From Macrostomum lignano (Eukaryota): DNA of 55,685 bases. Under the pieces are notes generated by a model. It saw only the letters and a list, made by a program, of their open reading frames with translations. It was not told the DNA's origin and did no database searches. The stretch is from assembly GCA_002269645.1 (NCBI GenBank), contig NIVC01004200.1, positions 1 to 55,685 of the forward strand. Reading direction: 5' to 3'. The stretch's first letter is position 1. Every line of letters begins with the position of its first letter. Shown piece after piece: positions 1-11,500 of the stretch. A program made the translations under genes and the position numbers.

Positions 1-546
1 CACGATGGCGCCCCGGATAGCGCCAGGCGCTTTCTAGAAAAAAAATGAAGATAAATTCCTTTACTCTACTATAAGTAGGGTGTGCCGTATGTTGTTCGTC
101 ATTCGCGTTTAAATATTTTATGCTGTAGAAATTCCCACCAGCAGCTCGCCATCCTGCTCCATTCCCACCCATGCACTTCGAGTTAGTATATACTCGTACA
201 AATTAAGCGTCCATCCTTTCAATATATGAATTTCATATCAAAGATAGACAAAAATATAAACTATTTCTTAGCTTCCAATCTCTGTGTAGATATAAATTTA
301 GCTTCATATTTATTGGTCTGAATTAGTTTGCTGATGAATTCATGTAAATTATCATTAAAAACATTATCGTATAACATACATAGTATGCACTGCAATGCAA
401 ATGCAAGATAGCAACCGAAATGATTTGAATAAATAGTATAATGTTGTTGCTGTACAAATTTCAAAATTTCAATGGAAATAAAAATAAGCAAAAAAATAGT
501 CGAACAAATATAGAGATATTTACATAAAGGAAGAGAATGCTGGCTT

Positions 547-3500
547 TTAAAGACCACTAAATTCGTTCATAATGTCCAAAGCCTTGTCATCCGACAACTC
601 CATCAGTTCATATTCACTTCGGTGAGGTCGGTGCAAAGAAAGTCTTTTTTGCGGCGGACAACTGGCGAGCTGTGAGCCAGGTCTCTTCGGCTGTGTGTGA
701 AGCGGAGCCAACTGGCGAACTTGTGTTGGCTAGCATCACTGAAGCCGTCGGAGAGGCAGACGCCGCGACAGCCATCAAGCAATTAGCGCGGCGAATTCGT
801 CTTGCTTAGCAGACGCAGGCGGCTGATGGATGAACTTCCGACATTTGAACTGGAAGCAGTCGCAGATGCAGAGGGACCGTCAGTTGGATTGTCGGACTGC
901 CGTCAATGGGACTTCTTTGACAATCAGTCAACGCCTCGATGCAGAATCTTGCGGCAGGCATTGCTCACGAAAAGCAGTGTCAAAGTGCCTGCCTCCATCG
1001 AGACGCCGTAAATGCTCGTGGCAACATCTGAGTGATTTTTATGTGAAAGAATAACTTGAACAAGTTGTTGCTACTGCTAATAGTAGACTATTTCGGTTAG
1101 GATTTCCTACACGTCAAACTTTGGCGAAATTCAGTATTTTTTAATATTGTTCATTCAATAAATCCTAGCTGAGTACCTGATTTAATTACACTAAATAAAA
1201 CTATTTTGAAGAAATTCAATAACAAAAGTAACAGAATTCGGGCCGCTTCTTACCTTGAACATGTTGCAGCATAACGAACTTGAACCCAAGGGCTGAGTCG
1301 GACAGCTCAGTCAGCACGCCAGCCTCCCTGCACTTAGCCCGCAGGCCTTGTCCGCTGAAATTGACTGCAGCCTGCATCTCCGCAGTCGCATCGTATCGTA
1401 TCGTATCTGCGGCAGTCCTCATTTTTCGGCTCGGCAGCACTTTTTTCTGTTGGTTTTGAGTGGTTGATTTCTGATGAAGTACGAAACGGAATTAAAATTT
1501 ATTACTTTATAAGTAATGTACTCACCAACTCTAACGTCCACTCTGCAGGCGCATTCTGAGCGTACTGAACATATGCTTCCCATGAAGCGATGGGCCAGAA
1601 CTTTATTTCCTCTTCTGTTGGCTGCTGGCCCCGGGTTATAGTCAGCCGCAGCAGCTGCAGCTCTTCTTTGACAGTGGACAGCTCGGCTAAACATCGGTTC
1701 TGCCGGGCTTCCATCTGTTGGAACTTCAGGGCAGTCTCGCGAAGGACTGACAGAGCAACAAACAAGATGCCGCGATTGCTTTCCAGTGGAAAATCTAGTA
1801 GGGACTGAATTTGCTGTTCAAGGCCTTTGACGGCCTTACCAGAGAAGCGCCCAAAGTTCACTGGCGCCGCCGCAGCCGTGCCATCTTGAGCTGCCGCTGC
1901 TGCTTCCGCTTCCGCTGCCATTTCCGCTTCCACTTCTGCTGCTGCTTTCGCTACTGCTGCTTCTTCTTCTTCTTCTTCAGGGCTCGTCTGGGTCGGGGTT
2001 AGCCGAAATGGACGGGGGCATGCGCCCCATGCTACGCAGGAGGCCGAAAAGGGCGGTTGGGGACTCCAACAAGTCCTCGGCCGCGCGGATGCCGTGCAGG
2101 GCGCGGTAGCGGTCCCCGCGAGGGCAGGCGAGCAGGATGTGCCTGACTGTGTCGAGTTCGCCGCAGTCAGGGCAGTTGGCTGTCTCGGTGAGGCCCATCT
2201 GATGGAGTGAGCTGTTGTTGATGGTGCTGGCTCCGGCTCGCAGCTGATTGAGGAGGACTTGGCGCTGCCGGGTCATGGTGGCGGGTGGCTGCTTAAAGGC
2301 GCCCACGACCGCAAGATCGAGGGACCTGCGGCTGCGCCGGGCGGCGGCTTTGGCGGTGCTGAGTGGAAGCTCGACGTGGCGTTGGTCTAGTTGGGCGGCA
2401 CGGGAAGCCGCCTGATCCGCCGCCTCGTTGCCGGCGATTCCGCAATGTGCGGGGACCCAGGCGAAGGAGGGGGGCGACCGTCGGCCTTCAGGCTCATGAT
2501 CGAGTCCCAGCAAGCTGCTGCAGTCGGATCGGTCTGGTCGATGGACCGGCGAGCAGGGCGGTGAGGGTGCTGAGGCTGTCGGTGGCGATCCAGTGCGGCT
2601 CGGCAGCGCGGTCAGCTTGCAGGTATTTGAGCGCCTCGTGGATGGCAACGAGTTCGGCGGTGTAACTGCTGCAGAGGGCGCCTGCGGCGGCCGGAAGTTC
2701 GACATTGTTGTTCTCGTTGCGCACAATGATAGCGGCCCCGCCACCATTCTTTTAGCCTTCCGTTACGGAACCGTCGGTCCAGATTGTGTTGGACTCGCAG
2801 AGAGTCGCGATGATGTCAGTCGCGTGGTGGGCTCTGATGTCTGGCGGCATGTCGCGGTGGGTCCTGAGGCTGGCTCGAAGGTCGAAGATGATGTCGCTGG
2901 CGCCGGTGGTTCTCCAGGGCTCAACGCCGAGAGGCGGCAGGGCGCGTGGGAACTGGTCCAGGGCGGCGGCGCACTCAAGCTCGAAGGCGGCGCGGCGCCA
3001 GCAGCCACGGTGCGGGCGAAGGGCGTCTTTCTGGCATCCAGGTTGGTTGACGGCGGGCGTGGCATCCGGGCTGTTGCGGGTTTGGCGCTGCAGGGCTTCG
3101 TAACTGCGGTTCTTGAGGTGTGGTCGTGTGACACATTCGGTAGTTTCGCGGCTACTGCTGCTGCTGCAGCCGCTGCAATGGCTGCCGCCTTAGCTGCCGC
3201 CAATTTTGCGAGCGCTGCTCCTGCTACTGATGCATTGTTAGCAGGTTTCGGGATGGTGGATGCAGCTGGTGATGTTGCAGCAGCTGGCAGTGGACAAAGT
3301 TTTGCTACCGTCTCAGGCATAGCTTGGTCAGGTAGCTGCAACGGAAGCAACTGTACGGCTGCTTCTTTCCGACCATTGAAGAAGTGATCCATGTCGAAAG
3401 CGGAACCGAAGGACATGTCCTGTTAATTTAGATAAAATTAGAGAATAAAGTGCACTAGCTTTTCAGTCTGCAGACTGCAACACAGCACTGCAATATCTTT

Positions 3501-4054
3501 AACTTCTTGTCTCTGAGAGGGAGAGCTGAAGAGGGTCAGAGTGAGGGAGGTTTACAAATTAAGAAAAAATGTATTAACTCACTGCACATTGAAAGCTATG
3601 TCATGCTTGTTGCATGTCATCAGCCGAGAATATTCTTGGTCTAATATGGCGGATGACTTCGGCGATTGTCCGCTTTCTGGACATGAGGTCTCGGGCAAAG
3701 CGTAGGCTCGGAGGCTCCAGATAGTTGTGCAGAATCACCTGTAAGTTTTTCATTTTAAAAAATAAATTTCTGACTGACTGCTGTCTGATAAGATGGAGAT
3801 GATATGAGACAGATATCAACAAACTGTGATGAGGAGATGAAATTGAAAGTAAAAAAGCAACTGACCTGACGGACTTCAGCTGTGAAGAACTTTCCCTCGT
3901 ACTTCGCTTCGCAGTGCCACCTCTCTTCACTGTCCTTCAAGAGTAGCAATTCGGCTACCAATAGATTTTTTAATACACAAGGAAGTAGCTGTACCTCTGC
4001 TTCTGTCACTTCAATAACCTGCCTGTCGGCTTCGAAAATTACTAGAAATTTCAT
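547..4054 (-). pseudogene. Transposon accessory gene (DUF4806-like with coiled coil), disrupted; hand-built exons 4054-3866, 3738-3583, 3419-1526 (split by retro insertion), 1446-1254, 1027-547
   Basis: GT-AG junctions keep phase from MKFLVIFEAD through MSFGSAFDMD, the Ala-rich linker and FWPIASWEAY...AAVNFSGQG (resembles the DUF4806 P...NWxG pattern, from memory). Lesions: in-frame TGA at 3601-3603, the 1.2-kb retro insertion, and stops/frameshifts in the last exon. Lies head-to-head with an EnSpm-type transposase. Confidence 0.6.
1962..3150 (-). mobile_element. 5'-truncated non-LTR retrotransposon fragment (RNase H plus C-terminal CCHC knuckle; I/R1/Tad-like group)
   Basis: RNase H motifs IWTDGS, TAELVAI, IATDS, WVPAHCGIAGNEAAD, then CPDCGELDTVRHILLACP. 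(GAA)n 3' tail at 1961-1978. 12-bp TSD GCTACTGCTGCT at 1950-1961 and 3151-3162. One internal stop and a frameshift. Confidence 0.9.
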
Positions 4055-4099
4055 GAGGCAAATTTTGAAAAAATCTGATTATGGAAATATAAAATTTTA

Positions 4100-4390
4100 A
4101 ACGCCTATTTGCGACTCAGTGAACAACATGAAAATCAAAGCTTACTATTTGGTGGTGGAGTGGGACTGAAAATATATTTTGCTAGGGGGAGAATTGGGAA
4201 GCGAATTCTTCTGCCCTCTCATTGGTCGGTTGTGAATATTCCGCAACCAATGCCAATGAATAATTCTTGAGAGTTAGCTTGACCGTTAGATAGTTGTAGT
4301 TGATTTATAGTTGATTGCTTGATTGCATTTTTACTAAAGCCATAATTTACTTTCACTTAATTTATCATTCGATTTTGGCCACATCATTGA
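4100..4390. promoter_or_regulatory. Candidate bidirectional promoter between transposase and accessory gene
   Basis: About 335 bp separate the divergent ATGs (4054 minus, 4390 plus). ATTGG at 4221-4225; CCAAT at 4247-4251 and 4253-4257. Confidence 0.4.
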
Positions 4391-6337
4391 TGGCTTCTTG
4401 GAAAGTGAGACGATTGACGAGCAAGCGTTTGCTAGCATTATTTAAAGATGATGACTGCGATGACTGTGACGTAGACTGCAAAACACTAGAGGATGCCTCT
4501 ATTGAGCCCAGTGTCCAGGAAGTTAAAGGAGACAATGAAGAAGATTTCGGTGGTGTAGAGTTCGACGACTTGCAGTCGATAAGTGAAAGTGACAAAGACA
4601 TGGAGAACGACAAGGATGAGGATAATTGGCCATTGGAAGAGAAGCTGGAGGCACTGCTTGTGCTTTTCTTCACGACCTACAACATTTCTCGTGATGCCAT
4701 GGCTTTTCTGTTAGCCGGATTATGCGACATTGGTTTGCCTATCTCAAAGTCCGTAACCAAGATCAAACGACTGGCTAGAGAAGACTGTCCTACTGGGGAC
4801 TTGTTGGCCATGGGAGATGGGCACTTTCGCTATGTGTCCATTCTAGAGAATCTGCAACTGCTGCTTTCAAAAAATTTGTTGACCCTTCGACCAGAAAATT
4901 TGCAGCATCAAGGTCCAACAAAGGTGTACAAATTCGACGCATTTTTAAACAGTGATGGAATTCCACTATATAGATCCAGTCTCTTTGGTCTGTGGCCATT
5001 GCTTATGAAGATTCCATCCGCATTCGCAAAGCCGTTTCCAGTGGCTGTATGGGCCGGCTCTGGAAAGCCTCCATTACAAGAGTACCTGCAACAGTTTTGC
5101 AAAGAAGCGAAAAGATTTCTATCTGGTCCAGTGAAAATCAACGAGAAAGTCAGCATAATGTTCTCCACAATTTATTTTGTTGTTGATACACCTGCGCGTA
5201 GCTTTTTGATGTGTACAATGGGTCACACAAGCTACTCGGGGTGTAGTTATTGTCAAGCTGTGGGTTCTCGTGCTGAAGGGAGAGTAACTTTTTCTGTAAC
5301 CGTTAATCAGAGTAGATGCAGAAAAGATTATCGCTCCCTATTAGAGGACAATCTAAAAAGAGATGCTACAGGTGCAATCCTCAAATCACCACTTCTGTGC
5401 TTGCCCAACATAGACTTCGTCAACTGTTTTCCGTTAGACTTTCAACATGCTGTTTGTCTGGGAGCAGTAAGAAAGCTAATGCACTATTACTTTGGAGAAG
5501 GAGGCTGTCGCTTCGGTCGCAGGCATATGAAGCCTTTGTCTGACTACATTGCCGCAATTGCCAGCTGGACGCCATCAAACTTCCAGAGAAGACCACGCCG
5601 TATTGATAAGTGCTTAATTGGCGACGGAGTTTAGACAATTTATCCTATATTTAGGCCCTGTGATATTCAAGGGATATCTTAAAGAAAAATTCTACAACAA
5701 TTTTCTCCTCCTGCACTTCGCCGTATACTGCTATTCAACGGAAAGACATGCAAATATGTGGGATTCTGCAAAAAGCTGCATCGAGGTATTTGTTGAGCAG
5801 ATGTCGAAACTGTTTGGACAGAAGTCAATTAGTTATAACATCCACGCACTTCTTCATCTTGACCAGTTTGTTAGAAGACTGGGTAATTTAAACAATTTCA
5901 GTACTTTTGCATATGAAAACTTTTTGGGAGCCATCAAGCGAAAGGTCAAAGTCACCAGGCATCTTGCTGCTCATTCAGTCCGGCAAGTTTTAAAAGTACG
6001 GAACATGTATCTCAGAGAGCCTACTAAAACGACTCTGGAATTTAGCACGAAGAAGGGAAACAATTGTTGCATCATTGGGACAACTTTTATTCTTATCGAT
6101 GAAGTAAAATCCGATGGCATGGTGACTGGCCGAGTGCTTCAGGCATGCGATAATCTGTACACCTATCCCTTCAATTCACTGGAACTTGGGATTGGGATTT
6201 ATCAGGTTACATCCGAAATCGCAACTGGCCGTCCAGAGCGGAAATGTTGGTTGCTTCCGAAGAATATTACACTAGCGGCTTCTGAAGCTGACGGCGAATT
6301 CTATAACGTCATTCCCATGACAGGGCAAGACGATTAG
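4390..6337 (+). pseudogene. CACTA/EnSpm (CMC superfamily) DDE transposase, frameshifted near 5620
   Basis: Motifs LNSDGIP, FVVDTPARSF, GHTSYSGCSYC, FPLDFQHAVCLG, (K)ATEFRQFILYLGP, NIHALLHL, NFSTFAYENFLG are typical of animal EnSpm-like transposases. ORFs 4315-5634 and 5618-6337 overlap at the expected WKATEF junction. Confidence 0.88.
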
Positions 6338-7056
6338 CCGTTTCTGTGCTTTATGTAAGTCTCTCTAATTCATATTTTTCTGTAAATAGAGCGTTAGTTT
6401 AAAAAAGATAATAAATCTAGAAAGAAAGAAATAATATATACTATATATTAGGCTATAGTTTTAGACTTATAGCCTATAGACTTTTGCTCCTTATCCATCT
6501 ACAGGTCGCTTCTTCAATCGGCAGAGTGTTCAGGATTGCTAAAGCTGCGAGCGCTGCGATCCCGTCCAGCAAGTCTAGCGACCTGACCGAAGCCGCTGTC
6601 TCAATAAACTCTAACTACATGTTTTTTATCTATCAATCCTGTAAGCATTTCTACGTAGGTTATTTTCTGTATGTTATTTGTGTCTGGCTATTAAGGTAGC
6701 TAGCTACTACTGCATTTGAATTGACCATGCTCCATGCATCTTCTATTCACAAATACTCCAGGTTTAAACTTGCTGGGTTGTTTGCTCCTGCACGTTTCAA
6801 AAGAAAAAATTACGAAAAGAAAAAGCTATAGTTTCGTATAGCATATGCAAATGCAGCATAGCTAGTCGGTGCATTGCCTTTTCCTCAACCCGCATCCCTT
6901 CCCACAGTTTGCCAGGCCCCAGCTTGAGGAAAAAGCCCACTCAGAATTTGGTTGCAAGTCCAGATTGACTAGGATATTTCAAGAGACCGCGCATTGCCAG
7001 AGCTTGCCTGGCTGACGCCCGCGGCAGCTATAAACAGAAAAAAAAGAAAATGACGA

Positions 7057-7171
7057 ATGGTCTGTGGCTATAAACCATAGACCATTATAGCCACATAAAC
7101 CATATGTACATATGGTTTATGTACATAAACCATATGTACATATATTCTATATGGTCTGTGGCTATAAACCA
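7057..7171. repeat. Nested palindrome and direct-repeat cluster
   Basis: 21-bp direct repeat ATGGTCTGTGGCTATAAACCA at 7057-7077 and 7151-7171. It encloses the inverted pair TGTGGCTATAA/TTATAGCCACA and a perfect 30-bp palindrome ACATAAACCATATGTACATATGGTTTATGT. Confidence 0.85.
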
Positions 7172-8159
7172 AAAAATGCGGGTCCGCCGCTCAGGTCACG
7201 ATATAATCAGTCAAAGAAATCTTGAACTAGAAAAAACTTATATATTTAGATCTCCTTGAATCAGTCTCCCGCTCTCCATATATCATATTTGGAACAAAGA
7301 CCTACAACTCTTCAGTTTATGAGGCAAAGAACTCCCAGAAGCTTTAGGACCAGATGGCCTGTAGCACAAACAGCGCTAACGAAAATGAGAATTATATTTT
7401 TATACACAAATGTATGCAGATTTGCTGTGCTAAAAAAGTCTCATTGATGTGATGTATCAATGTTGCTTTCAAAATAGCTGTCTATATGGGAAGAGAAATA
7501 GAATGAGTGAACAAGAGTGAGTGAGTAAGTGAGTTTGTTTCGCTTTGTTGAATCGCTGCCTCAATTCTACTACACAACAGACATGGCGTACCTATTTGAC
7601 TATTGAATCCATTCGATCCATGCGTAAATATGTAGAAATGTTTCCACAAACTTCTTTATTTAGAAGTGATTTATTGCCCATGTGGGCCAGGCCAGAAACG
7701 TTACAGTGTGGAGTCTGGCTCCCAAAATAACGAATATAAGCCTTGTCAATGTCCAGGGTTCGCAGTGACTGTGCACTGGGAGTGTTCGCTGTGTTTCTTA
7801 CTAGCCCCCCGAAATCTGCTACTGAGTCATTGTTCATTTGAAGGAATCTAGCTTGCTTTGTTTGTGCTTTTGCTTATCTTATTTTACTTTTTGTACGCTT
7901 CAAATAAATATACAAAAACTTGGTAAAACCAAATCAGGTACATCTAAATTAAATGAGAGTAGCTACTAAGGCTTTTGATGGACATATGAAGCAATTTAAA
8001 CGTGACAAATATAATGTCCTAATGCAAATCAGTACAATTTTCAGATGACATGTTTTGGTTTAGTTCATGGTTTGCATTGTGATTTTAGTTCTATCTGTCT
8101 ATTTTCTGTCCGTCTTTCTATAGATTTTTATCTGCGGGGTTTACTGCTGCTACACAGGG

Positions 8160-8445
8160 GTAGAGAGAAAACAGCGAGAACAGAGTGAACAGAGTGAGAG
8201 AGACCAGAGTGAGAGTGAACAGAGTGAGAGAGAACAGCGAGAACAGAGTGAACAGAGTGAGAGAGAACAGCGAGAACAGAGTGAACAGAGTGAGAGAGAC
8301 CAGAGTGAGAGTGAACAGAGTGAGAGAGAACAGCGAGAACAGAGTGAACAGAGTGAGAGAGACCAGAGTGAGAGTGAACAGAGTGAGAGAGAACAGAGTG
8401 AGAGAGAACAGAGTGAGAGAGAACAGTGTGAGAGAACGGAGAGAA
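8160..8445. repeat. Purine-rich compound tandem repeat (GAGAACAGAGTGA-type units)
   Basis: Visible periodic sequence; the ORFs over it are periodic low-complexity translations. Confidence 0.9.
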
Positions 8446-8545
8446 GGGAAAGAGAAAGGATCACAGAGAGGGGCTGAGCCCACCCACCCAAACAGTTCTT
8501 ACTCTTCCTGGACTGTCTGCGTGCCTGGGACACTTGACGTGGACA

Positions 8546-11500
8546 CACTGTAAAAAATATGTGGCCGAAAAAATAGCCAAAAAGTGGCCAAATGCAAGTA
8601 GCCTAAAAGTGGCCAAGAGTGTCCCACGTTCGGCCACATTTCCGGCCACTTTTTAAGTGGCCGAACGTGGGACACTCTTGGCCACTTTTAGGCTACTTGC
8701 GTTTGGCCACTTTTTGGCTACTTTTTTGGCCACATATTTTGCCGGCCACATATTTCTCGTGTTTGTGTTATTTTCGGCTCTTTTACGATAAATTTCTCGC
8801 TGTAAACGTGGAATCCTTAAATAAAACCCCTCATTGCAGTTATCGTACTGCATTTATAGATTAAAGAAGTAATTAAGCAGTATATAAGCATATTATATAT
8901 GACCAGAAAAATTTCATAATTCATTTCGTTGATTGAATAGTGGAATAATTGTCTCAGTTATCCAGCACTTTAATTGTATTTTTTTATTAAAGAGACAAAA
9001 AAACAGAACATAGAGTAATTGTGAGAAATTGTGAATAAATGTGAGCAATGGTAAGCAACTGAGCAAATGTGAGCAACTGAGCAACTGTTTGTGTGGCTGA
9101 GTAGGGGAGACTTGGGTGGCTGGTTTCGGCAGATTTGGGTGCATGGCTGAGTATAGGGGAGACTTTGGTGGCTGGTCATGGGAGATTTGGGTGGCTGGGA
9201 AATTTCTGAGAAGCACAATTGGAGGATGAGACACATTGTCAAGTTCATTGTCGATCACAAAAAACTACTGGGCAAAACTTGCACTGTCAACTTGACTGAC
9301 TGATTGGTGGCTCGCTTAGGATTCCGGAGCTTCAAAAAAATCTCAACCGTCTCCAGCAGGTTTTCTGTGCGGCGGTCATGCTTTAAATTTAATGCCAGAA
9401 ATGCTAGAACGTACAAAAGAATTGTCTCCAAAGCAGATTCCATCTTGATATTAGTCGTGGACACCCGCACGCCACTCCAACAACCGTCGAAACTTGAAAC
9501 GTCACCATCTGCCACAATGCTAACGTGGCAATTTGAGTCGAAAAAGGCATCAAGGTTGCGCACTTTGCCCTTGATGGCCAGAAGCATAAAAACCATTTTT
9601 AATGGAAACTTCAGGATCATCTGACTGTAAATAATTTTTTTTTATTGTTAATACAAGTTTGAACAGGTTCTACAAAAGGATAATTAGCTTTAACAAAATT
9701 TAAAAGCTGATAATCACTTAATAAAATATCAAAACAAGTGTTAAAAAAGGAATCAAAGTCCAAAAAGTTACTAGTTGATTCTATAATATCAGTTGAAATA
9801 TTATTTTCTTTTAAAAACTGAGTAGCCATAACATTATACAAGTTACTAAAGGTTGAAATAATTTCCTTTACATTGTCAGTCAAGAAAAGACTAAGTCTAT
9901 TAGGTAAACAATGCAGATCTCTATTAGAAAGAAAAAAACTTAATTATATCAAGTACAAGCTTTTCCTTTAGAGCCTCTTTTAGTTCAGAAGAACTTTGAT
10001 CAATGAAGCCATAAGCTCCCTCCATGATTTCATCATTTTTAGTTGATATGTCATCATAATCATTTGTTGCATCACTTTTTTCATTAATAGACCTTGGAAA
10101 GTTGGGGTCTATTAAGTAATTAATTTTGCCAGAAATGTCATCTAGTTTGTCTTCAATTGAAAAAATGGCAGTCTCTTCAGCTACATAAGGCTTGTTATGG
10201 AATCTTAATAAATTCTTAAGTATACCCGCTTTAGTTGAACTACTTAAATTGCAATGTTGAATGGGACAAGTAAACCTGTTTGCTAATTGAAGCTTTTCTA
10301 GACAAGGGGTGTACTTTGAATGGTGGACAAAACCTGACATTTGCTCAAATGTTTTCCCACATTTACAGGGAAACATTCTTAAAAAAATCAAAGCAAAATG
10401 GATTCTTACAAGGCTAAATTTAAGCAAAAAAATTTCTGGGACCATGTTAATTTATACTGTAGACCTAGCAGACCTAGTTTACAAAGATTTAGAATAAGGC
10501 TATTATTATAAGACAAAGACCAAGACAATAAACTAAAAAAGCAGACACAATAATAATTAGACAATAATATGTTGAATTACAAAGAAAAAAAATAAAATGA
10601 AGCACAAGAAAAGGTAAGGCTCAAGGGCAAGAATTGAATAAATACTGTGATCTAGGCCTATGTTAAGAAGTAAGTAGTCTATAAATATATACAAATATAA
10701 AAATATATACACAAGTCACAATGTTGTTAGGGCCTAATTTCAGTAGTCTGGGTCAATAGTTAATGCAGTCAATAGTTAATGCAGAAGTTCTTGCAATTTG
10801 CAAAGAAACTAAGCAAAGCACGAGAGCAGAGCATATGCAGAGTTGAGCGGTAAATGCGATGTAACGCTTGAAAATGATTTTAGTAGTTTGATCAGATAAA
10901 AGTCAACACAAATTAAATCGCAAGTACATTAACAAATTTGTAAAGTAGATTTTATTTTCAGCAAGTTTCTTGCTTTTTGACTGCAATTTTTTTGAGAATA
11001 TTATAAAGTTTTATGCCCATAGTAGTTAACTTTGTATTCTTTTTGCAGTTCATTGTGAGTTTCTTTGTAAATTTAAGATTATGAGGTGGGGGCGATTTTG
11101 ACTTGGGGGTGGTCGGGATTGTCCAGTGTTCACTTGATCTAATGTCGAATTTGAGCGGCTCGGGCCTTCGATTGGGCGCCGTCGTTATTTCGCACGAATT
11201 AAATCCGGAAAGTTTGCGTGAATGGATCCCGATGAAAACAACTCATAGATACTCCGTCTGCCGGGGTCCTCAATCCCGGGGAGAGGGTAGTTTTGGTCGT
11301 AGGCGAGCGGCCTTCGTTTGGTGCGAGCGTTCAGATGGCGGGTCCTCTGACACCGTAAATTGAATGTGTCTCGTATTCTTATTGTGTTACTAACAGTAGA
11401 GTAGCGCTGCCACCACCGTAATTTGCGTATTACGGAACGTTTGAAAAGTCTCAGAGCTTGCTTCGAGGTGAGACTAGGTTATTTTACGCCCCACAGGCAA

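Noticed and set aside
261-557. AT-rich ORFs at 261-557 and 55155-55454
   Set aside because: Composition matches non-coding AT-rich DNA; no motifs and no splice support.
1471-1500. CTGATGA-AGTAC-GAAAC looks like a hammerhead core
   Set aside because: Helix II would be one pair with a 2-nt loop, helix III has a C-U mismatch, helix I is weak A-U, and it lies in an AT-rich intron; likely chance.
6765-6777. AACTTGCTGGG as the right TIR of the first CACTA element
   Set aside because: No matching left end in the window, so it cannot be supported.
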